The notes: generated by a model from the sequence alone, not told the origin. A DNA stretch of 64,000 nt from Candidatus Bathyarchaeia archaeon (GCA_050010755.1 JBEKKK010000001.1:576001-640000), one strand, 5' to 3'. Shown: positions 1-9,950, counted from the stretch's first letter. Made by a program: numbers and translations.

Positions 1-578
1 AGCACTTCCGCGTGGGCTTCGTCAGTTTTAACGTCCGAGCGAACAGGCACTATTACCATTGAAAAATCCATGTTCTTCGAAGTTTCCAATTGCTCAGCAT
101 ACGATCGGCCTCCTCTGTTGGCGTACCATATTGCGAAACCTCCGACGATGCTTCTTGTGGCAGAACCCGCCCCGAGCCTGACGATTTCTGAGAGCGTCAA
201 GCTGTCAAGACCGAGACTGAGTGCTTCCGCAGCCGCGAGGCCCAGAGCCGCAAAACCAGAGGCTGAAAACCCTAGGCCCTTGCCAAATTCAAGGCTGTTC
301 TGAGAGACCACTTTGAAGCTGCCGGAATACTCTGCGAGTTCTTTGAGTTTATCGAGTACGGTTTCAACTCGCTTCTTTTCGACGACGTTCGGCTGTTTTC
401 CGTTGATTGTTATCTGGTCTTTTTTCGATTCCTTCAGCGTTTCGACGGTGGTTGTAGTGGTTAAGGCTTGTATGCACACTGATATGCTGTCATGGTAGGG
501 GATTCTCTGCCTAGGATCCTTCAACCCGTGATACTTTATCAATCCCTGTATCGGATGAGCCTTGGCTGTAACTTTCAT
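1..578 (-). CDS. mvaD: Phosphomevalonate decarboxylase, haloarchaeal-type GHMP family (3' end runs off the window)
   Basis: Not in the ORF track; manual translation from ATG at 578 gives MKVTAKAHPIQGLIKYHGLKD..RIPYHDSISVC..GKGLGFSASGFAALG..RLGAGSATRS, matching the MvaD/PMD N-terminus and GHMP loop. Confidence 0.85.
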   Translation of the reverse strand, partial: MKVTAKAHPIQGLIKYHGLKDPRQRIPYHDSISVCIQALTTTTTVETLKESKKDQITINGKQPNVVEKKRVETVLDKLKELAEYSGSFKVVSQNSLEFGKGLGFSASGFAALGLAAAEALSLGLDSLTLSEIVRLGAGSATRSIVGGFAIWYANRGGRSYAEQLETSKNMDFSMVIVPVRSDVKTDEAHAEV

Positions 579-663
579 CGCTCATCGCCCTGAAAAAGAC
601 TGAATATCGGCTAGTAAACTGTTGCTGTTAACGTGGCTCAGAAAATAGGGTAAGAAGAAGATT

Positions 664-969
664 CTAACCGAATAATGCGCCTAAACCTTCGAGTGCTGCT
701 TCTTCTTTCTGTTTCTCGTCTTCCTTCTTTTCTTCCTTGGGTTTTGCTTCTGCTGCTGGGGCTGCTGGAGCTGCTGCTGGCGCGGCCATCATGGTTGGAG
801 CTGACTTGATTGCCTCATCAATCTTGACTTCGGCCAGAGAAGCAACGAGTGCTTTTACGCGCACGGTATCAGCGCTTATGCCTGCTGCCGTCAGGACTTG
901 TGTCACGTTTGCTTCGTTTATCTCTTTTCCTGCCTTGTGAAGGAGCATTGCAGCGTAAATGTATTCCAT
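664..969 (-). CDS. rpl12: 50S ribosomal stalk protein P1/L12
   Basis: [11 protein letters not shown] start, Ala/Pro hinge, acidic tail ending EGLGALFG. Confidence 0.97.
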   Translation of the reverse strand: MEYIYAAMLLHKAGKEINEANVTQVLTAAGISADTVRVKALVASLAEVKIDEAIKSAPTMMAAPAAAPAAPAAEAKPKEEKKEDEKQKEEAALEGLGALFG

Positions 970-1342
970 GCTTTTTCACCTCTCAACTCAAATATTTCAA
1001 GTTTTTTCAGTTGGCGCAACCTTTTGCTCTAAGGTGGGCAATCTACTACTTTAGAGTTTCCTATTAGTTAGGTTACTCCATGGCTTTGCTACCATGTATT
1101 TGCCCAACCTAAGTGTCCTTTGAAATATAAAATCCAAAATTTAAACCTTCTGTGAAAGATAAACCTTCAAAAGCCCTCAATCCCATTCTGTGCAGGCAAT
1201 TTTAGAACCACGATGAGAAACTTCTATGGACTCCCTGAAATCTCCATTCATCTAAAAAGAGTAAACATGAACTCTAGCTGCTTCTCATATTCCTGTTTCA
1301 GCTTGACTATAGCCTGTTGAATTGCTTAGGAAAGGGTGGGTT

Positions 1343-2017
1343 CTAGTAGTAGTGTGTTATTGTTACAGTCCCATACAAGGGTCCACTCAGAATGCCGTAT
1401 GGGAAAAATTGAATTGATGCTTCTGATGGCAGGACAGGGAAAAGGACAGTTCCGTTTTTGACAATGATAATCGAGTTTTCATAACTCATTCCGTGAGAGA
1501 AGTAGCTGACTGTCACGCTCACGTTGTCACTCCACGAGACTTGAACAGAAATATATCCAGCAAATGATGCGTTCTCTTCAATTGGTTCCCAGAGGTCTAC
1601 CATTCCTTCGACCCATGTCGCAGACTTGTCAAGATTGAGGATGCTAGTAAGGTTATCAACTATGTCGGTCACGTTGTTAACTTGGTTCTGTACTTGATTA
1701 AGCATCGTTTCATTACCATCTAGCCATGCTTGAGTTTGATTTAGCAACGTTTCGTTTCCTTTCAGCCATGTTTCGGTCTGCGTAGGTGAAGACTCATTTC
1801 CAAGTAGCCATGTTTGGGTTTGATTGAGCATAGTTTCATTGCCATTTAGCCATGTTTGCAGTTGTTTGTTTTGGTCTTTGAGATTGTTATAGCTGTTAGT
1901 TGCTGAAATGCCAGTTACAGTAAAATATGCAATGGGAGCTACTAGGACGATACAGATACTTCCAAGTGCAATAGCAACATTTCTACTAACCATCTTCTTT
2001 GGCTTAGTTTCATTCAT
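1343..2017 (-). CDS. Hypothetical membrane-anchored protein with 14-aa repeats
   Basis: N-terminal TM helix, four QTWLxGNETxLNQT-type repeats, beta-rich C-terminal domain. Confidence 0.75.
   Translation of the reverse strand: MNETKPKKMVSRNVAIALGSICIVLVAPIAYFTVTGISATNSYNNLKDQNKQLQTWLNGNETMLNQTQTWLLGNESSPTQTETWLKGNETLLNQTQAWLDGNETMLNQVQNQVNNVTDIVDNLTSILNLDKSATWVEGMVDLWEPIEENASFAGYISVQVSWSDNVSVTVSYFSHGMSYENSIIIVKNGTVLFPVLPSEASIQFFPYGILSGPLYGTVTITHYY
1690..1860 (-). repeat. Intragenic tandem repeat, ~4 x 42 bp (approximate ends)
   Basis: QTWLNGNETMLNQT/QTWLLGNESSPTQT/ETWLKGNETLLNQT/QAWLDGNETMLNQV; 'agccatg' recurs every 42 bp on the + strand. Confidence 0.8.
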
Positions 2018-2280
2018 TCTTGAACCTCTTGGTTATCTTTCGGTATTTTGTCTCTCAGGTATTTATCTAATGCACCAGTTTCGAATATCACATAAAATCC
2101 AACAAGCACAAACAGTAGGCTTAAGAGGTATAGGATTGGGACGATGTAATTCAAATTCAAGTCAGAAAAATCACTGTCAAGCGTTGCCTGCAAAATGAAA
2201 GTACCAATGGCAGCTATCGCACCAACAACCACGATAACCAATCCAATCATAATCTTAAATGTGTTCTTTTTCATTCCCAT
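2014..2280 (-). CDS. Small hypothetical protein with two TM helices
   Basis: Two hydrophobic segments; 4-nt stop/start overlap with the downstream gene. Confidence 0.65.
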   Translation of the reverse strand: MGMKKNTFKIMIGLVIVVVGAIAAIGTFILQATLDSDFSDLNLNYIVPILYLLSLLFVLVGFYVIFETGALDKYLRDKIPKDNQEVQE

Positions 2281-2851
2281 TTCTCCAAAAGGTCAATGCA
2301 TTTTAAGCAAGGTCTCAATTGTGTTTGCCAAGCCTCTAGTTTGCTCTGTTTGTTGCTTGCAGATTTAAGATTTCTCTCTTCTTTGTAGGGCATGGTTAGT
2401 GCGGGAATGGTACAGTTTCTTTTGACATTTCTTTGAATTTGGGCGCGGTTTTTGATGCGAGAAAAAAAAAAACTTTTTCGGAACTAAGCTGGACGGAGAC
2501 TGTGTTTTGCGAATGAAGTTCCTAGCAGGCTCTGTTCAGACTCCAAAGTCACTCATAACGACATGTAAACTCACTGTACAGTTGCCCATCTGCAGGACGA
2601 TTTCAGGATTAACCCTTTTAACGATGCGAAGACACAGTGACGGCTTCGGCCCAGCCTGCGCTCACAGCTGCTAAAATCCCTCCGGACTCATCAACACGCG
2701 CACAAGAGCCGAGAAGATGATTGCCGCCAACAGCCGCAGACCACTTTAAACACTCCTTGCCACTTCACGTCCCAGTTTCAAAAAAATCCATTCGACACTT
2801 TCCCAATTATTTGATTCACCCGCGCGCGATCGTTAAGGTATTATATCTTAA

Positions 2852-3703
2852 CTACTTAGGAAGCTTACTGCTTAAACTTAACATTTCAGCGTTGGCCTTT
2901 CGGATCAGGTCCTCTATCGTCTCCTTTGTAGGTATTGCCGCGTTCAATGAGAGCGTGTAAGCTTGTCTGTGGGCTATCTGCAGCAGAATGGCAATGTTTT
3001 CCTCTGTGGGGTAAGCGGCGCTAAGAGAAAGTGCGAGAGAGTCTGCGTAGGCTCTTTCAATGTCATGCTTTGTTTCTTCTGGGTCGATTCTGAGTTGTTC
3101 TTGAGTTATTATCAGGCCGTCCTCGTAGACGTAGGTCATTGCCAGGCCGGATTCAACTGGTTTGACTCCGAGTTTTGACAGCATGCTGGCAAGCCTTTCG
3201 TTGATGGCTTCACCCTTCTTAACGACCAAAGTGTCCTTGTTTATCCAAACGCTTCCGGACTCGATTCTAGTCGGCAAGCCCACGGCGTTCAGCTGGCTGA
3301 TTATCGGTCCTGGAGGTTGACCAGTGTTTCCCGCAGGGACAACAACGTCGAAGGCTGCTAGGTCGCCTGACTTGGCCGTCGTCTTGACCTTTCCCCTTTC
3401 CAAAATCAGGGCCAGCTTAAACGGATCCTCATCCGTGAAAATGTAAACATTCGACCCCTGAAGGTGTTCTTCAAGTCTCTTCAGGTCTGGCTTCTCCTTG
3501 CAGTTTTCAATCGCCAGCTTGATAAGCGTGTTCTTCATCACTCTCATGTACACCTTTTCCGCCAAGTTCTTCTTGAATTCCTGCATTTGCGCGGCTCTGA
3601 CCTTCTGCAGGTTGGCAATGCCGACGACCCTGTACTTCTTTATGAGGTCGGTTATCTCTTCGACTTCTTTGACTTTCTGTTGAAGAACCTGTTCAGATGG
3701 CAT
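2852..3703 (-). CDS. rpl10: 50S ribosomal protein L10/P0
   Basis: RVMKNTL and VPAGNTGQPPGP motifs; lies after rpl1. Confidence 0.96.
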   Translation of the reverse strand: MPSEQVLQQKVKEVEEITDLIKKYRVVGIANLQKVRAAQMQEFKKNLAEKVYMRVMKNTLIKLAIENCKEKPDLKRLEEHLQGSNVYIFTDEDPFKLALILERGKVKTTAKSGDLAAFDVVVPAGNTGQPPGPIISQLNAVGLPTRIESGSVWINKDTLVVKKGEAINERLASMLSKLGVKPVESGLAMTYVYEDGLIITQEQLRIDPEETKHDIERAYADSLALSLSAAYPTEENIAILLQIAHRQAYTLSLNAAIPTKETIEDLIRKANAEMLSLSSKLPK

Positions 3704-3718
3704 TCAGTTCCACTCTTT

Positions 3719-4369
3719 CTAAGGTTTAATCTTCACGGGCCCGCCCATGGCCATTTTGATATAGGCAAACTTTATATTTTTCATTCCTCTCTTCAGCTTC
3801 CCTTCCAAAACCCTCAGCACAGCCATTATGTTGTCGGTTATTTCTTCGTCTTTCATGTTCTCCATTCCGATCCGAGACTGCAGAGTAGGCTGGTTGCGCA
3901 ATCTTATCGTAACCGTATTTCTGTGCTTCGCTATCAGACTCGCTATGTCTGCCGACGGAGGCACTGGCACAGGCATTTTTCCTCTCGGACCAAGGACAGA
4001 GCCTAGGGTTTTTCCGATCAGAGGCATCAAAGGAGCTTCGGCAATGAAGAAATCGTATTGATTGGCTATCTTGCGCATCTCCTGTTTCTTGCCCGCCATG
4101 CCTTCAAGTTCAGATCTTTCAATAACATGATCCGCGTTTGCCCTCTTCGCTTTCATTGCGAGTTCTCCTTGGGCGATGACGCATATCTTGTTCGCCTTCT
4201 CAAGAGCGTGCGGCAGCTCGACGACTTCTTGGATTTTGGCTTCCGGTGACTTCATGTCGATGTCTTGCAGCTTCAAAATCAGCTCTATTGACTGGTTGAA
4301 CTTTCTCTTTTCAGACTTTTCCCTTGCCTCTTTCACAGCTGTGAGTATTGTTTTTTGGTCTAAGGGCAT
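3719..4369 (-). CDS. rpl1: 50S ribosomal protein L1
   Basis: KRKFNQSIEL, LGPRGKMP. Confidence 0.97.
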   Translation of the reverse strand: MPLDQKTILTAVKEAREKSEKRKFNQSIELILKLQDIDMKSPEAKIQEVVELPHALEKANKICVIAQGELAMKAKRANADHVIERSELEGMAGKKQEMRKIANQYDFFIAEAPLMPLIGKTLGSVLGPRGKMPVPVPPSADIASLIAKHRNTVTIRLRNQPTLQSRIGMENMKDEEITDNIMAVLRVLEGKLKRGMKNIKFAYIKMAMGGPVKIKP

Positions 4370-4428
4370 TTTGGAATCCTCGTGCCAATGGAGGAATGGA
4401 ACGGGGTTATAAAAATATTCGCTTGACT

Positions 4429-4917
4429 CTAGCTCTTACTGAACACTTCGTCGTACTTGCCGTCGTCAATTTCCCGTTGCACTTCACGGGGATCTTTACC
4501 TTCAGCCGTCACTCCCATGCTTACGCAGACTCCGAGAATCTCTTTCGTCGCCGTCTTGAGGGTTCTTGCCAGAAGTTCTGGTCGTTTCATTTTGGCTATC
4601 CGCACGACTTGATCAAACGTGAGATTGCCGACTTTCGCTGTGCTCGGAGTGCCCGAGCCTTTCTCGATTTTGAGTTCACTGACGATGAGGGCGGATGCCG
4701 TAGGGGTTCCAATCGTCACGTCAAACTCTTTGGTGTCAGGATCCACGAGCACCTTCACTGGAACCTTCATTCCAGAGTAGTCTTTTGTCAATTCATTTAT
4801 CCTGTTGACGATCGCCATGACGTTTACGCCTAACGGGCCGAGCGCTGGACCCAACGGCGGTCCGGCGTTTGCTTGTCCTCCACTAACGAGGAGTTCAATG
4901 GTTTTCTTGTCAGCCAT
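4429..4917 (-). CDS. rpl11: 50S ribosomal protein L11
   Basis: GGQANAGPPLGPALGP; likely start MADKK at 4917. Confidence 0.97.
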   Translation of the reverse strand: MADKKTIELLVSGGQANAGPPLGPALGPLGVNVMAIVNRINELTKDYSGMKVPVKVLVDPDTKEFDVTIGTPTASALIVSELKIEKGSGTPSTAKVGNLTFDQVVRIAKMKRPELLARTLKTATKEILGVCVSMGVTAEGKDPREVQREIDDGKYDEVFSKS

Positions 4918-5407
4918 TTTGTGTTTCACTGCCTGCAGCGATTTTTGATTTCTCAACTAGTTTTACGTAATCGGAATTCACGGTAATCGGCAACGTGAAG
5001 GTTGCCTCGAGAAGCTCGAGAGTGACCTCTGCCTTGGTTTTGTCGATTCGGGTTATTTTTGCCCGCATGCCCTTGAAGGGTCCGCCCGTTACTTCGACTA
5101 TGTCGTTTTCGTTTAGCTCTTCGATAACTGGTCTCTTGATGATGTATCTTTCAATTTCCGCAAAACTCACGATTCCCGGTATCCTTGACCGCACGTGTTT
5201 TACACCCGTTATTGCCTCTTCCACCAGATGCGGGCCTTGAGCCTCTATGAAAACGTATCCTCTCAACGCTTCAGGGACGAGAATGGCTTTTACAGGTATC
5301 TTGTTCATCTCGACCTTTGAGGCAACGAGCCTTGCGACGTTCCTCTCTTGGCCAGTTGTTGTTTTCACTGCGAAAATCTTCGGCTGGATTTCTTCGCGCC
5401 CTTCCAT
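4910..5407 (-). CDS. spt5: Transcription elongation factor Spt5/NusG
   Basis: NGN domain (TTGQERNVA, GYVFIEA) plus KOW (GGPFKG). Confidence 0.96.
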   Translation of the reverse strand: MEGREEIQPKIFAVKTTTGQERNVARLVASKVEMNKIPVKAILVPEALRGYVFIEAQGPHLVEEAITGVKHVRSRIPGIVSFAEIERYIIKRPVIEELNENDIVEVTGGPFKGMRAKITRIDKTKAEVTLELLEATFTLPITVNSDYVKLVEKSKIAAGSETQNG

Positions 5408-5426
5408 GAGCGTGTCTTCCTTTGTC

Positions 5427-5609
5427 CTAGGCCCCGGCGCTGCCAGGGTTCAAAACGGCTGATATAACCTTTATAACGTACCCTATCAACCCAATTGCTG
5501 AGATGCCCAAGAGGCATATCTTTATTGAGAGCCAGAGTTCGCTTCTTCCAGGTTTAATGGCAAGCCTCAAAGTCCTTCCACACTGAACTAGGAAATCTCT
5601 TAAGCCCAT
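5427..5609 (-). CDS. secE: Protein translocase SecE/Sec61-gamma
   Basis: RTLRLAIKPGRSE followed by one TM helix; upstream of spt5. Confidence 0.9.
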   Translation of the reverse strand: MGLRDFLVQCGRTLRLAIKPGRSELWLSIKICLLGISAIGLIGYVIKVISAVLNPGSAGA

Positions 5610-5682
5610 GGTTCATCGCTTCCTCAACATTCAAGTATGTGATATAAACGTTGCTCCAGTCTGCTAGATAACCTGCGCGTTT

Positions 5683-6450
5683 CTAATAACCTTTCCCTTT
5701 AGATTGTTTGAAAGATAGAAAAGAATTGGTTTTCGTCAAGGAGGGTTTAGTGTTGCCTTTTCCGTGAATCTTTTTTGAGAGGGCTCTTCTTGATGATATT
5801 ACGCCAAGCACAATGGCTATTGCGATGGCGACCCAGAGCAACAGCGGCGGTAGGATTGGTGGGCTCCATATGTTCGTGTCGGTTATGAGTACGTCGGTGT
5901 ACACGGCTCCAATGTACTCCAATCCCTCGGTCAGAACACCCGTCTGTTTGTCCCAGTAAAAGTAATAATTGCTGCCTTGCAATGTGAAGTTTGTGAAGAT
6001 GACTGTTCTGTCTGCACCTGCGTAGGATTGCGTCGTTTGGCCGGTGATGTTTTGTGTGCCAAATAATTCGCCTAAGTATACAGGATCGGTTATGTTCAAC
6101 CCTGCAGGAATGAAGTACGCACGCACATTGAACATTGGGTACAACGTGATATCATCTTGCGCGTTCTGAGACGTCAAATCGATGGTTTTTGTTTCGTTAC
6201 TTATTTGCAAGCTCGAAGTGTAAAGTGTAGCGTTTACCGTGACATTCGATCCTTCAACACTGAGAAAATCTATTCTTACAAATTCACTGCTTGGCAGGCC
6301 GCTCGCAACTTGCATCTCGTCTTGATACTCATATTCTGCCCAGTCTCCACTCTTTCCACCGAAGGAGGGGCTTCCCAGAGCCGAAACGCTGGCAATTGAA
6401 AACGCAAAAACCAATATAGCGATCAATATGCAAGCTTGGATGGTTTTCAT
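5683..6450 (-). CDS. Hypothetical secreted protein with C-terminal membrane anchor
   Basis: Signal peptide, GDWAEY and YWDKQTGVL motifs, C-terminal TM helix and basic tail. Confidence 0.75.
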   Translation of the reverse strand: MKTIQACILIAILVFAFSIASVSALGSPSFGGKSGDWAEYEYQDEMQVASGLPSSEFVRIDFLSVEGSNVTVNATLYTSSLQISNETKTIDLTSQNAQDDITLYPMFNVRAYFIPAGLNITDPVYLGELFGTQNITGQTTQSYAGADRTVIFTNFTLQGSNYYFYWDKQTGVLTEGLEYIGAVYTDVLITDTNIWSPPILPPLLLWVAIAIAIVLGVISSRRALSKKIHGKGNTKPSLTKTNSFLSFKQSKGKGY

Positions 6451-6492
6451 CTGATTCTTCCGTTCAAATGGAATGAGGGTTGAAGGACAAGG

Positions 6493-7317
6493 TTAAACTT
6501 TTTGGATGCGGAGGCCTATTCTGTTGACCATTTCAAGAACTCTGGGTTTGTCCTCGCTCTTTATTCCTTTCCAGTCCAAAACGGCATATTCCACTTTTTC
6601 CAGCGTCCTGTCAACACACTGCTGAAGTATTTCGGAGTCTATCTGCGGTATGGAGTGCTTCGGTATTATATGGCCGAACGCGACCTCTGTCTGCAGCGCC
6701 ATTTTCGTGAACTTGTTGTTATAATGGGGTCCCCCGATGCCCAGCACGGTCTCAGCTGAGACGCTTCGGAATCTTGAGACGGCCCCCATTGCAGCGTGGG
6801 CGACGACTTCTGCGGCCGTGGCATCTTTCCATTGCTCGGGCGAGCTTCCGAGTTCGGCAAACATGGTTGGAGTGTTCAATGAGGGTCCATGATGTGTGCC
6901 CTCATACGAAACCTCATACTGGATCTGCATTTTATCTCTCATCTTTGACATAACTTTCAGAGCTTCTCGCATGGCGTTGCTCGGAGAAACTGAAACTTCC
7001 CGTGGCTTGCCTCCTAAATCTGCGGATCCTAAATTGCCCGGCGTGTGAACTGAGAGTGTAGGTGTGCCGCTCATGCTGCTGTGCCTTGAGATGAAAAGTA
7101 TCAGCTCGGTGTCGGTGAAGATTGTGGTCAAGTCCTGAGCGTATATCGACTCTCGGTTCAATGTTATGAGCTGAATACCCTTGCCATTGACTTGGGCAGT
7201 GTATACCGTATTTTCTTGAAATTTTGCCGTTGCCTCGATGAAACGATAATTGCTCAACAACTGTTTCTTGATGTTTAGGCTTGCAGGATCCTTTTCTGAG
7301 GCTACGATCAGAATCAT
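6493..7317 (-). CDS. dtdA: D-aminoacyl-tRNA deacylase (archaeal DTD2 type)
   Basis: SRHSS, HTPGN, EGTHHGP, ELGS and GGPHY motifs. Confidence 0.93.
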   Translation of the reverse strand: MILIVASEKDPASLNIKKQLLSNYRFIEATAKFQENTVYTAQVNGKGIQLITLNRESIYAQDLTTIFTDTELILFISRHSSMSGTPTLSVHTPGNLGSADLGGKPREVSVSPSNAMREALKVMSKMRDKMQIQYEVSYEGTHHGPSLNTPTMFAELGSSPEQWKDATAAEVVAHAAMGAVSRFRSVSAETVLGIGGPHYNNKFTKMALQTEVAFGHIIPKHSIPQIDSEILQQCVDRTLEKVEYAVLDWKGIKSEDKPRVLEMVNRIGLRIQKV

Positions 7318-7427
7318 CGGCCACTCTTCCGCATGTAAGATGTGGTCATCTGGAAAAAGGTTTCCGTAAAGCTTATAATTTCCAAAGCGGGATGAAGCGA
7401 TGAAAGTTCAAGGAAAGGGGGTAAGGC

Positions 7428-8342
7428 ATGCATCTGATCAACTTCAAGGAATTGAATGGGCAGCGACTTACTGAAATCATCGACAAAGGTGTCGAAATCA
7501 AGCATGACCCCCAAAAACATCGGAAATCCTTGGATGAGATGTCTCTGGCTATGATTTTTCAAAAGACCTCGACCAGAACTCGCATTTCCTTCGAAGTAGC
7601 AATGACTCAGCTCGGCGGTCACGGCTTATTTATCGACTGGAGGACGACGAACCTCGCTCTCGCAGACATCGGCGACGAAACTCAGTATATCTCCCGCAAC
7701 GTTGACTGCATAATGGCGAGGCTGCTGAAAAACGCCGATCTGAAAAGCATGGCCGAAAACTCTCGCGTTCCTGTTATCAACGGCTGCGATGAGAAGTATC
7801 ATCCCAGCCAGGCAATTGCCGATTTGATTACGGTCAAAGAGAAGAAGGGCAAGCTGAAGGGTGCCCGCCTGGTGTACATAGGCATTCATAATAACGTGTG
7901 CAACTCGCTCGTAGAAGGGTGCACGAAGACGGGGGTTAAAATAACGACTGTGACGCCGATATTCAATGAGCCAGCACGGGACGAGAAGCTTCTTGAAGAG
8001 GCTCGGAGAACTGGGCTTTGGGAAACCACGCTCGACGTAAAGGCAGCCGTTAAGGATGCAGACTTCGTTTACACGGACACTTGGGTAGATATGGAATTCT
8101 TCTCCGACCCGAAATTTGCCGCGGAAAAGGAGAAACGTATAAAGATGATGATGCCCTACCAGTTGAACAAAGAACTGTTGAAGAACAGCCGCGCCTACGT
8201 GATGCACGACATGCCTATCCACAGGGGCTACGAGATAACGGCAGACGTTATCGGAAGCCCAACATCCGTGATATACGAGCAGAGCGAGAACAGACTGTAC
8301 TCGGCGAAGACAATTCTTCTGAAACTGCTAGGCAATTATTAG
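7428..8342 (+). CDS. argF: Ornithine carbamoyltransferase (variant motifs)
   Basis: FQKTSTRTR, HPSQ, YTDTW, HDMP, ENRL. Confidence 0.85.
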   Translation: MHLINFKELNGQRLTEIIDKGVEIKHDPQKHRKSLDEMSLAMIFQKTSTRTRISFEVAMTQLGGHGLFIDWRTTNLALADIGDETQYISRNVDCIMARLLKNADLKSMAENSRVPVINGCDEKYHPSQAIADLITVKEKKGKLKGARLVYIGIHNNVCNSLVEGCTKTGVKITTVTPIFNEPARDEKLLEEARRTGLWETTLDVKAAVKDADFVYTDTWVDMEFFSDPKFAAEKEKRIKMMMPYQLNKELLKNSRAYVMHDMPIHRGYEITADVIGSPTSVIYEQSENRLYSAKTILLKLLGNY

Positions 8343-8364
8343 ATTGATGGATTGTGGCACAATT

Positions 8365-9270
8365 TCATTTGAGGATCATTTGAACGAACCTTTCTGGATC
8401 GAACTCTTCTAAATCGTCGTACCTCTGTCCTGTTCCTATGAACAATATGGGCTTCTGAGTGACGTGGGTTACGCTCAGGGCGGAGCCGCCTTTGACGTCG
8501 GCGTCCACCTTGGTCAATATTGTGGCGTCTATTCCAACGCACTTGTTGAACTCTTCCGCCTGCATTACGGCATCGTTTCCGATGAGGGAATCCACAGTCA
8601 GCACGGTCAGATCTGGTTTTACGACCCGTTTGATTTTTTCCAGTTCGTTCATAAGGTTCTGATTTGTCTGCATTCGTCCCGCGGTGTCTATCAGGACGAC
8701 GTTTATTCCATGTGCCTTGGCGTGGCTTATCGTGTCATACGCCACCGCAGCCGGATCGGCGCCGTAAGCGTGCTTGATCATCTTTATTCCCAATCTTTTG
8801 GCGTGTTCCTCCAGCTGTTCAATGGAACCAGCTCTGTAAGTGTCGCTGCAGGCAATGACCGCCGAGTATCCTTTCTTGTTCAAGAAACGACAGACTTTGG
8901 CTATGGTTGTGGTTTTTCCGGTGCCGTTTATTCCTACGAAGACCATGATGTACGGTTCGCCCTTCGTTCGTTTTTCCTTGATGGCCTTTAGCAGATCTAT
9001 CTTAGTCTTGGTCTGCATGGTCTCCAAAAGTACTTCTCGGAGGTTTTTTTCCACGATTTTTCTGCGGTCTTCGAGTCGTTTGACCTGGACTTTGTCCAGA
9101 CGTTTTTCCATCTCGTCGCAAACCAGTTCCGCAACTGGGTAGGCAACGTCGTTCTCGACGAGGTTCATCTTGAAATCGGAGAGCACTGGCCGAAGGTTTT
9201 CAGGCTTGAGTTCGGTTGTTGTGACCTTGTTTACGAGACCTTTTAACCCGGATTTCAGTTTTTCAAACAT
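8365..9270 (-). CDS. ftsY: SRP receptor FtsY
   Basis: GINGTGKTTT, DTYRAG, DTAGR, TKVDAD. Confidence 0.97.
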   Translation of the reverse strand: MFEKLKSGLKGLVNKVTTTELKPENLRPVLSDFKMNLVENDVAYPVAELVCDEMEKRLDKVQVKRLEDRRKIVEKNLREVLLETMQTKTKIDLLKAIKEKRTKGEPYIMVFVGINGTGKTTTIAKVCRFLNKKGYSAVIACSDTYRAGSIEQLEEHAKRLGIKMIKHAYGADPAAVAYDTISHAKAHGINVVLIDTAGRMQTNQNLMNELEKIKRVVKPDLTVLTVDSLIGNDAVMQAEEFNKCVGIDATILTKVDADVKGGSALSVTHVTQKPILFIGTGQRYDDLEEFDPERFVQMILK

Positions 9271-9271
9271 T

Positions 9272-9709
9272 TTAGGAAGCTTTCTCTCCTCTGACGGTGG
9301 CAGCTAGCTCCTCGAACCTCTCTCTGTCTTCGTTGATTTTCCCTGCAACTTGGACGAATTGTTGTTGGGTTGATGTTCTTGCCTTTTCTAGGTCTTCCAG
9401 ACGTTTTTTGATTATGTCCTTTGCTTCTTGGCGCGTTTTCTCAACTGAGACTCCAGCGCCTATTCCGACGATTATGTTGTCCGGATTGTCCAGTTTTGCC
9501 CTGATGTAGGAGGTGCCGCCGATTGGGACGAGAAGTTCAGAGTTCTCTTTTTCTTTTTCCAAGCTCTGCAACGTCATGTTTGCGTAAGTCAGATCTTGGG
9601 TAACTGCGTTTAACATGCTTAGTCTAGACTGTAACGCCTCTGCCGTCTGCTCGAGGTATCGAAGTTCAACGCTTATTTTTCGAATCTCTTCCTGGTTCTT
9701 GCTAGCCAA
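9272..9709 (-). CDS. pfdA: Prefoldin alpha subunit
   Basis: Coiled coils flanking LVPIGG..VGIGAG; probable TTG start at 9709. Confidence 0.93.
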   Translation of the reverse strand: MASKNQEEIRKISVELRYLEQTAEALQSRLSMLNAVTQDLTYANMTLQSLEKEKENSELLVPIGGTSYIRAKLDNPDNIIVGIGAGVSVEKTRQEAKDIIKKRLEDLEKARTSTQQQFVQVAGKINEDRERFEELAATVRGEKAS

Positions 9710-9950
9710 CCTGTGCTTCACCAGTGACTAGTTTCTTCAGCAATGGGTTCTCTATCTGGTCCGGAGGGATCTCTTCAGTGCTTGATATTCTTATGTGGCA
9801 GCGCTTGACACGATGTTTGCTTCCTATCTCAGCGTAAACTTTTTCCACGGCGTGTTCGGGTTTCTCTGCTACGATCTCTTTTTCAAAAGCAGTCTTAAGG
9901 TTTGGTTTCAGGATTTCACCTGTTACTCTGAAAACTTTCAATCTGTTCAT
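9702..9950 (-). CDS. rpl18a: 50S ribosomal protein L18Ae/LX
   Basis: VFRVTG, EKVYAEIGSKHRVKR; operon position. Confidence 0.92.
   Translation of the reverse strand: MNRLKVFRVTGEILKPNLKTAFEKEIVAEKPEHAVEKVYAEIGSKHRVKRCHIRISSTEEIPPDQIENPLLKKLVTGEAQVG

Noticed and set aside
1068-1112. Imperfect hairpin (TTAGGTT/AACCTAA, CATGG/CCATG) as an integron attC site
   Set aside because: GTTRRRY and RYYYAAC boxes are in the wrong order, it is single copy, and there is no integrase
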